A stretch of 64,000 nucleotides of DNA from a virus, in the IMG/VR virus record IMGVR_UViG_3300031857_000136; one strand, given 5' to 3'. Numbering within the stretch: position 1 is the stretch's first letter; each line of letters begins with the position of its first letter. This document shows positions 1-8,100 of this stretch, in pieces. The notes beneath the pieces were generated by a model, which searched no databases, was not told where the DNA came from, and saw nothing but the letters and a program-made list of their open reading frames with translations. A program made the translations under genes and the position numbers.

Positions 1-3000
1 AACCTACAAAGTCGCCAATAACAAAGTTATTAGCCATAAATGTACAAGCGTTATTATTAGTTAACCCACAACCAAATACAGCTGAATAATCCGCATTAGT
101 AACGTTATTACTACCACCTAATACAGATGAAGAATAACCACTAGCTGTATTACAACAACCACCTAATATAGTTGCATAAGGACCACCACAAATCTTATTA
201 CCAAAACCACCTACTATAGTTGAATAACCACTACTAGTGCAGTTACAATAACCACCAAGGATAGATGTAGCATAGCCACCACCAAAAATCCTATTACAAA
301 GACCTCCAACAATTGCCATCCCATCACCACCTGCTGTAATTAAGTTGCATTTTCCTCCTGTAACAGATGAGTACCAACCTCCTATACCATTATCAGTTCC
401 TCCTCCAATAAATGAACAAGCACCATTATTGTAATTATTACCTCCACCTACAACTATTGAATAAGTATTACCAGCATAGTTATTAGAACCACTACCAATA
501 AAGTTTTGACCACCAACTCCTGTAATATTATATTGACCACCAACGATTGCTGAACCATTACTATTAGTGTTAATTGTATTACAATAACCACCACTAACAG
601 TTGAACAACCTGAATTAAAGCAAATAGTATTATAGTAACCACCACCTATGGATGAATTGCTACTACAAATTGTGTTACTTGAACCACTACCAATAAATGA
701 ATTATAACCATATTTACATATCTTATTAAAATTACCACCTGCAATTGTTGCACAACTATCACGAATAACATTATAATAACCACCACTTATTGAACTACTA
801 CAAATTGTTTCAGAATCACCAAGATAATTCGAAATAGTATTATTGCCACCACCTGAAATAGTATTATAACTACCTGTACAAGTACAGCATATTTTATTAA
901 GCACTCCACCTCCTATAGCGTTACCAAATGCTGAACCATCTTCACAAGCAATAGTATTCATCCAACCACCTGCTATATTTGAACACGATGTACCTACGAA
1001 GTTACAGTCCCCACCTGCTATAGTTGAACCACCATAATATGGGTAAACAGGATTATTACATATGATATTATAGTTACCACCACCTATGAATGAAGCAGGT
1101 GCAAAAATTGAATTCTGCAAACCTCCACCAATTGTTGAGTAACCACCATAATAACCACTAGCACTAATTGTATTACATTTACCACCACTAACAGTAGAAC
1201 AGTGTCCACAAGCTGTATTATAATAGCCCCCACCAATAACTGCGTGCAAACCACAAGCATTATTGTGAGAACCACCTGCAACAACTGCTACACTATCAGC
1301 ATAGTTACGATAACCACCACTAACAGTTGGGAAAATATTCCCTCCTCCACAGTTACATTCCCCACCTCCAATAACTGTACCAAGTGAAAAAGCGATGTTA
1401 CACTGTCCTCCACTAATAGTTGAAAAGTTTCCACTAGCTGTATTGCAACATCCACTAAATACAGATGAATATGTTGCAGTGGCTGAGTTTCTATTACCAC
1501 CACCAACTATTGATAAATAACCACTGGCAGTATTAAATGATCCACCTACAACTACAGAAGCAGATATTCCTGATGATGTATTACATACACCTGTGAATAC
1601 AGCTCCACCATAGCTACTAACTGTGTTGCATAAACCGCCCACAATTACAGCTCTTCTTTCTGAAATATTGTTACATTGACCGCCAACAATTGTTGAATAG
1701 CATCCAGAAACAAGGTTTGATTGACCGCCTAAAGAAGCAGTGTAATCTCCACTAGCACCATTACTCACTCCACATCTTAATACAGAACAAGTACCAATAC
1801 CATTTACAAATATTGTAGGGGCTGTACTAGGACTATATCCTAAAGCTGCACATACGTTAGCTCCTGTTAAGTTTAAACATATGTTACCACTTGTTGTTAC
1901 AGGGGAACAACAAACATTAATGTTTGTAGCTACAATTCCTACAGATGTAACAGTACCTGTACATGTTGTATAACCGTTTGGATTAGATGAGTCGTATGGT
2001 GTATATCCTAATGCTGAGCAAACATTTGCTCCAGATAAGGAAATATTTAGTGTGCCAGATGATGTGATAGGACCGCCTGTTACAGAAATGTTAGTTCCTA
2101 TAGCATCTACACAGGTAACTGTACCTGTGCATCCTGTATGACTATTGAACGTGTTCCAGTCTGAAGAGGTTAATAAACCTGTGCAGAGTGATGAAGCAGT
2201 TGCAATATTTAATGTTATGTCTCCTGAAGATGTAATAGGAGAACTTCCTATTGTTACACCAGTGGTTGCAGATGTAAGACCTACACTAGTAACTGTACCA
2301 GTACAGCCAGTGTGGCTATTAAATGTATTCCAATCAGCAGCTGTAAGTAAACCTGTACACACTGATGATGCTGTAGAAATATCAACACCAAGTGTTCCAC
2401 TTGTTGTAACTGGACTACCAGATAAGAGAACACCAGTAGTAGAAGTACAAGTTGCAACGTTAGTTACAGTTCCTGTACAGCTAGTATGACTGTTAAAATG
2501 ATTCCAATCTGTTGATGAAAGATAACCATCACTAGCAGTTCCTGATTGTGAAATGGTTAAGTTTGGTGTTGTTCCACCGCTTGAAGCTAATGGAGCAGAT
2601 CCTGTAACAGATGTTACTGTTCCAACTGACCAGCTTCTATCAGCAGTGAGATCGTATGTTGTACCATTAATAGTTAACTGTCTTGTCTGATTGACAGGAG
2701 TATATCCTAAAGCAGGTTGTTTATCGTTAAACGTTGTCCAATCTGTAGCACTTAAATAGCCATCTGTAGTACAATTAGATTGTGAAATACCAAATACACC
2801 AGTGGTAGAGTTGTAAGTTAGAGGGGCTGTATGACCTACAGCAGCTCTCACCCTTGTATCTGTATAATATAAGTTACCACACTCAGTCACTTGACAAGAT
2901 AGATAGTCACCAGTTGTAGCTACAACAGCACCAAATCTACCAAATACACTAGTAACACCATCACTATTGTCTATCTTAACCCATCCTGTAGCAGATTTAA

Positions 3001-4990
3001 CTGCTAAGTCACCAACGTGCCAATCAGTAATACCACCAAGGTTTGTTGTTCCAGATACAGAAACTCTCCAAGCCCAACCTGTTGTTGTTGTTCCAGTGAT
3101 ATCAGGAGTGTTTGTAGCAGCGTTCCAATCACCTTGTAATATGATACCACCAGATGTTGCACTATCAACGTAAGTTTTAACAGCTAATTGTGTTGGATAG
3201 AGTGTATTAGATGTTCCTAGAGATGTGCATGTAGATTTATTTGCTACATTCTCAGGAGTGTATCCTAGTGTAGAACAAATATCCCCAGCAGTTGTAGGGT
3301 TTGCACTTGTAATTAAACCTTTGCCATTTACAGCAATGTTCAATAAAGTTTCAGATGCATATACATCATTATTAACAGTGGCTAATGTAAGTGTGGTACA
3401 AGCTCCTGTAGAACCAGTTCCAGTTACATCACCAATAAATTCTAATGATCCAGATATGTTACTAGTTGTAACACAGGTTACTAACCCTTTTCCGTTCACT
3501 GTAATCACAGGAACTTGTGTAGAGCTACCAAATGTACCTGTTGTAGCGTTCACTGTATTAAATGTTAAGCAAGCAGATCCAGGACCTGAAGCTGTTGCAT
3601 CACCAGTGAGTGCTGTAATATAATTACCAGCTGGTTGCTTAGCATTAAATGTATTCCAATCTACACTAGATAGGTAACCATTTGTTGAAGAATCAGCTTG
3701 ACTAATAGATAGTGTAGGTGTCAATCCTCCTGTAGAAGCAAGAGGAGATGTTACTGATATACTAGAAATATATGATAGAGAAGGAATATCTGCAGCTACC
3801 AAAGCTCTAAATGTAGGAGCCCCTGATCCACCATTAGGACCAGCAAACACTGTATTAGCTGCTGCATTAGATAGAGCAAAGCTTAAAGCAGGAGTTGTTG
3901 AGGAGTTGCTTACAGATGTAGTGAATAGTGGAGATAGATTACCAGCACTAAAGTTTGTAACTGTACCACCTAAAGATGGATAGTCATTTGTAATTGTGAA
4001 GTTTGGATATGATCCAGTGATGCTAATACCAGTACCGCCATTTAATACCACAGTTTGGTCAGGTGCTGTATTTGTTATTGATATACTTGGAGTGGTATTA
4101 GGATTGCTTATAGAAGCATTAATACCTGTACCAGCAGTAATAGATACATTAGTAACTGTTCCTACAGACCAGCTTCTGTTGGCTGATAAATCATGAGATA
4201 CCCCATTGATTGTCAACTCAATAGCATCATCCACAGGTACATATCCTAATGCAGTAGTGATATCACCATTGCTCACTGGAGTGGCAGATGTGATAAGTCC
4301 CTTACCATTTACAGCAAACTTAAGGAAGTTGTTACTTCCGTAAATATCTGTATTAACTGTATTCAACGTTAATGTAACAGGAGATCCTGTAAATCCAGAA
4401 CCAGTTACATCTCCTTGGAAAAGTAATGCATCAGAAGGAAGAGCAATTAATGTATTTACAACATTTGTAACTCTACCCTTACTGTCCACTGTAACTCTAG
4501 GAACGGTTGTAGAATTACCATAAGTTCCAGGTGCACCAAATACAGTTGCTAATGTTAATGTTGCAGCTCCTGGTCCACTTGCTGTACCATCGCCTACTAA
4601 AGAACTAATATAGTTACCTGCAGGCTGATAGCTAGTTGAATCTAATGTACCATCACCCTTTACAAATTGTGATGATGTACCACCTGTAGTGACAAGAGCA
4701 GAAGCTTCTAATTCACCTACAAAAGCTAATTTATAATTACCACCAATTGTAGTGTTTTGAATCAAAGAACCACCCAACTGAACAGGTTGTCCAGGGGCAG
4801 ATTGTATCAAACCGTTGTTAAAAGCATACCCAATAGAAGCATCAGCAAACTTAGCATCTATTTTTTGTAGAGCAGTTTGTAAATTATCATTGGTAGTGAT
4901 GCCTGTATATAATAAAGTCTCACCTTCGTAAAATACGCAGGTAGCATTCAGTATAACTGGACATGGTTCAGCTGAACAAGTAACGTTCAT
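1..4990 (-). CDS. Tail fibre protein, 3'-truncated by the window edge (ATG at 4990..4988, at least 1663 codons, no stop before position 1). Not in the supplied ORF track.
   Basis: The minus strand was translated manually in the frame whose codon top coordinate is 1 mod 3. The frame was checked at three points, near nt 4990, 2521 and 121. It reads MNVTCSAEPCPVILNATCVFYEGETLLYTGITTNDNLQTALQKIDAKF... and carries typical tail-fibre motifs (TVPRVTVDSKGRVTNVVNT, PTFRALVAADIPSLSYIS). About five ~27-aa repeats of the form DGYLSSTDWNTFNSHTGCTGTVTSV lie at roughly nt 2000-2800. More than 25 IVGGxxNxAsGxxStIxGGxCN-type repeats lie at about nt 1-1750. The plus-strand ORFs 2145..4196 in the track are antisense artefacts. 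Confidence 0.8.
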   Translation of the reverse strand, partial: MNVTCSAEPCPVILNATCVFYEGETLLYTGITTNDNLQTALQKIDAKFADASIGYAFNNGLIQSAPGQPVQLGGSLIQNTTIGGNYKLAFVGELEASALVTTGGTSSQFVKGDGTLDSTSYQPAGNYISSLVGDGTASGPGAATLTLATVFGAPGTYGNSTTVPRVTVDSKGRVTNVVNTLIALPSDALLFQGDVTGSGFTGSPVTLTLNTVNTDIYGSNNFLKFAVNGKGLITSATPVSNGDITTALGYVPVDDAIELTINGVSHDLSANRSWSVGTVTNVSITAGTGINASISNPNTTPSISITNTAPDQTVVLNGGTGISITGSYPNFTITNDYPSLGGTVTNFSAGNLSPLFTTSVSNSSTTPALSFALSNAAANTVFAGPNGGSGAPTFRALVAADIPSLSYISSISVTSPLASTGGLTPTLSISQADSSTNGYLSSVDWNTFNAKQPAGNYITALTGDATASGPGSACLTFNTVNATTGTFGSSTQVPVITVNGKGLVTCVTTSNISGSLEFIGDVTGTGSTGACTTLTLATVNNDVYASETLLNIAVNGKGLITSANPTTAGDICSTLGYTPENVANKSTCTSLGTSNTLYPTQLAVKTYVDSATSGGIILQGDWNAATNTPDITGTTTTGWAWRVSVSGTTNLGGITDWHVGDLAVKSATGWVKIDNSDGVTSVFGRFGAVVATTGDYLSCQVTECGNLYYTDTRVRAAVGHTAPLTYNSTTGVFGISQSNCTTDGYLSATDWTTFNDKQPALGYTPVNQTRQLTINGTTYDLTADRSWSVGTVTSVTGSAPLASSGGTTPNLTISQSGTASDGYLSSTDWNHFNSHTSCTGTVTNVATCTSTTGVLLSGSPVTTSGTLGVDISTASSVCTGLLTAADWNTFNSHTGCTGTVTSVGLTSATTGVTIGSSPITSSGDITLNIATASSLCTGLLTSSDWNTFNSHTGCTGTVTCVDAIGTNISVTGGPITSSGTLNISLSGANVCSALGYTPYDSSNPNGYTTCTGTVTSVGIVATNINVCCSPVTTSGNICLNLTGANVCAALGYSPSTAPTIFVNGIGTCSVLRCGVSNGASGDYTASLGGQSNLVSGCYSTIVGGQCNNISERRAVIVGGLCNTVSSYGGAVFTGVCNTSSGISASVVVGGSFNTASGYLSIVGGGNRNSATATYSSVFSGCCNTASGNFSTISGGQCNIAFSLGTVIGGGECNCGGGNIFPTVSGGYRNYADSVAVVAGGSHNNACGLHAVIGGGYYNTACGHCSTVSGGKCNTISASGYYGGYSTIGGGLQNSIFAPASFIGGGNYNIICNNPVYPYYGGSTIAGGDCNFVGTSCSNIAGGWMNTIACEDGSAFGNAIGGGVLNKICCTCTGSYNTISGGGNNTISNYLGDSETICSSSISGGYYNVIRDSCATIAGGNFNKICKYGYNSFIGSGSSNTICSSNSSIGGGYYNTICFNSGCSTVSGGYCNTINTNSNGSAIVGGQYNITGVGGQNFIGSGSNNYAGNTYSIVVGGGNNYNNGACSFIGGGTDNGIGGWYSSVTGGKCNLITAGGDGMAIVGGLCNRIFGGGYATSILGGYCNCTSSGYSTIVGGFGNKICGGPYATILGGCCNTASGYSSSVLGGSNNVTNADYSAVFGCGLTNNNACTFMANNFVIGDFVG

Positions 4991-5024
4991 ATTAGTAAAT
5001 TAATATATGTAATAATATAACAAA

Positions 5025-5049
5025 GCGAATGTGCATGGAACACATTCGC
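5025..5049 (-). terminator. Perfect 9-bp stem / 7-nt loop hairpin (GCGAATGTG catggaa CACATTCGC) between the 1888-aa gene stop and the tail-fibre ATG. It is followed on the minus strand by UUUGUUAUAUUAUU.
   Basis: Inverted repeat read directly from the sequence, with a U-rich tract 3' on the coding strand. Confidence 0.4.
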
Positions 5050-5112
5050 AAAGTTAATGAATATAGTTTATTTTCAATGAGTTAGAATAAAGAATGCCAC
5101 ATAATATAGCAA

Positions 5113-8100
5113 TTACCTCCTGCTTTCTTTCTGGATGGTAATATCAAATTCTTTAGCAAAGTCAGCATCCAATATACCACCATAGGTAAACAGAGATTTG
5201 GTTATAGGGAACATCTTACCAAGATTCTTTACAGGCTGAGCTTTCTTCCTCACCTGATCTGCAGATAGCTCAGGATTAGAAGTATCTAACCCTGTCATTT
5301 CCATAGTGACATGGCTAGTGAATCTTCCTATATCTGAGAAGATACCAATAGCTGGGAACATTGACCCACTAAGAATCTTCTGAAACTCAGCAGGATTGTA
5401 GAAGAATGAAAGTTCCCCAATAAACTTGTCTATCACCCTCTCTGTATATCTGTGGAAGTTCTTATCAGCTCTGTCATCATCGTCATCAGGAGCAGCAAAT
5501 CCAAGAGCAAACATAGCACCAAACATAGACATCAGAATACTAAGTTCCTTCACCTGGTTTCTTAGGTTGGTTCTAACCATATCTATGAACTCGTCTCTAT
5601 CCATCTCTAGAGGTTTACCTGTACGCTTTTGGTACTGTTCAGCAAACTCCTCATACATCTTATCCATTGCAGCAAGTCCTTTATCGTTGAGACTCAATAT
5701 GTTATAAATGTTAGATGACTTATCTCTAATAGATGTACCCAACACATAAGCAAAAAGTCTAATCCTTCCTATGTCATATTTCTCTCCTGTGGTAAGACCA
5801 TCTTCTCCAATTTCTACAGAGAAGTCATCACTCACCTTTCTAAACTCTCCAAAGCGTGTATCCACAAGCTTAGGAATCCAGTTCTTGAAGATCATCATAG
5901 ACTTAGTCCAAATGTTCATTCCCATACGGTTGAGGTCACTATCAGCTAGGTTACCTGTTGCATTTCTAGATATACGTCTAGTGAGGTTAGTAAGACGTTG
6001 AAGTTCTGTGACATTAGATAGGTCAAGACCAGGGATGACAAGTTTACCATTCTCTAACTTCTTAACAACATTGAGAGATCTAGTTTTCTTAAGCTCTTCT
6101 ATCTCTTCATCTATCTTAGAGGCTACCTCTTTATACTTAGAGGCTGAATCATAACGATCTTTATACTTCCTCTTTACAAACTCACGAATGCTCACAATCT
6201 TTCCATCCTCTACCATCATGTTATCTAGGAGAGTGAGGAATATAGATTTCTCAATATGTTGTTCTGGTTCTCTCATGAATACCATGAGGAAGTCAGAGAA
6301 GCTAGCTCTTGTCAGCTTTGTAAGACCAGACTTCTGTAGCTTTTCATATGTAGGATCATCTTTAAGAGGCATGAACGTATCAATTAATTGAAGGAACATG
6401 TCACGCTCTTCATCATTCTTAAATTTGTTTCCAACAAGTTTTACCTCGTTAGCCAACACCTCTCTAGCCTTGAAATAGTTTCCAGCCTGCGTAGCAATCT
6501 GAATGTTACCACCAAATGCGTTCACAGCACCAGATATAAACTCAAGTCCTAATGTTTTAAGTTGGAATGCTCTGTTTGCAGCATCCATAGTTTTTACTAG
6601 AGATGTAGCAGATGGATTCTCTTCAGGCTTAAACACTTCTCTACCAGCTACACTATTAACAGCACCTTTGATAAAGTTCATTACCTTACCTACAGCAAGT
6701 GGTGTATCACTATCAGATAGAGGGTATTTCTGTTCATATAATAATGCACGAAGAAAGTCATTAAATATCTTAGCGTTACCTTCACTTGTAGCATTTCCTT
6801 CAGACATAACCTGAGGTCTGTTGTTCTTATCATATACAACTTCACCGTTATTATCTGTAGAAAGATAGCCTTTGAAGGTTTCAATAGTTTTAACCAGTTG
6901 TAGTTGATCTTCCACCTCAGACAGATATTTGTACTTCTCCATATGGTTGATGTACAATATCATGTTCTTAAAGATGTCTTCACTTACATCAGAGTAATCG
7001 TTTACACCATCTTCACCACGTGTGAAATCATAAGTGTAGTATTTAGGAATAGCATTTTCTAGTTCACCAGTAAGCTCGTTCACCTGACCATATCCTACAT
7101 CATCTGCTTGAAGCTGTAAGTTTTTACCAAAGTTCATTACAGCAGACAAATCAAAGTCCCAAGCTAAACTTTCAGCCATTCCTTTTCTAACAAAAGGAAG
7201 GAATGTAGAAGCCACCTGATTACCAATATATCCAGAAGATTTAGCCTTCTGGTTCATTTCAGATATGAAGTTGTAGAGCTCTAGAAGTTCTGGATCATTT
7301 AGAAGATTTTTGTATTCTTCTGAATACCATTTAGTTAGAGGATGTCTCTTAATAATATAGTTGTTCCAACCAATAAAGTCTTTTCTATCAATGTTCCACT
7401 TACGTTGTTCTTCAAGAATTAAACGTTCCATTAGATCAACATCATCGTCATGTAGTTTCTTAATTCTTTCTATCTTCTTATCTAAGAGTTCTTTAGCTTC
7501 TTTTCTGTAGGCATCAACATCAATGTTGTCCATAATCCATCTCTTGTCACGGTAACCCTCAAGAGAGTTGTTATCCACTTCATCAAAGAACTTCTTGTCA
7601 AACTTGTATATTAGTTTATTAACTAATTTATCCTTACTATCTTTTTGATAGATTTGTTGTACAAGAGCTCTAATATCTCCACCTCTGTCTATAAGCTTCT
7701 TACGAATAGCCATAAGTTTATCCACCTCACCAAGTGCTTCTCTAGATGCTCTACCTTTTGCATTTGTTACAAGTTTGTAAAGCACTTGCAGAGATGCCAT
7801 AGGTAATTCAGATATACCTCTGAAGGTAGCAGATAGTCCTTTTACCACAGCTTCAGGACTCAACAATCCTTTAACAAGATTCTTCTGTCCAATAAACTTA
7901 TCAGCAAACTCACCAGATACATTTCTAATTTGTTCTGCAGAAAGACGGATTTCTCTAGCCTCATCACTGATGTTCTTGAGAAGCTCCTTTCTCATAGCTA
8001 TATCATCCTGAGCTTCCTCAGTAGTAGCACCTTTCTCCATGTCTTTGTTGTAGATGAGCTCACCAATCAAGTCATCTATTCTACCAAATACATCTGCAAA

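Noticed and set aside
2145-4196. Plus-strand ORFs 2145..2489, 2967..3173, 3225..3623 and 3996..4196 (V/P/T-rich) and minus ORFs 454..645 and 1084..1506 in another frame.
   Set aside because: All lie antisense to, or out of frame with, the long minus-strand tail-fibre ORF. Their low-complexity translations are frame artefacts of the acc/ggt-rich repeats.
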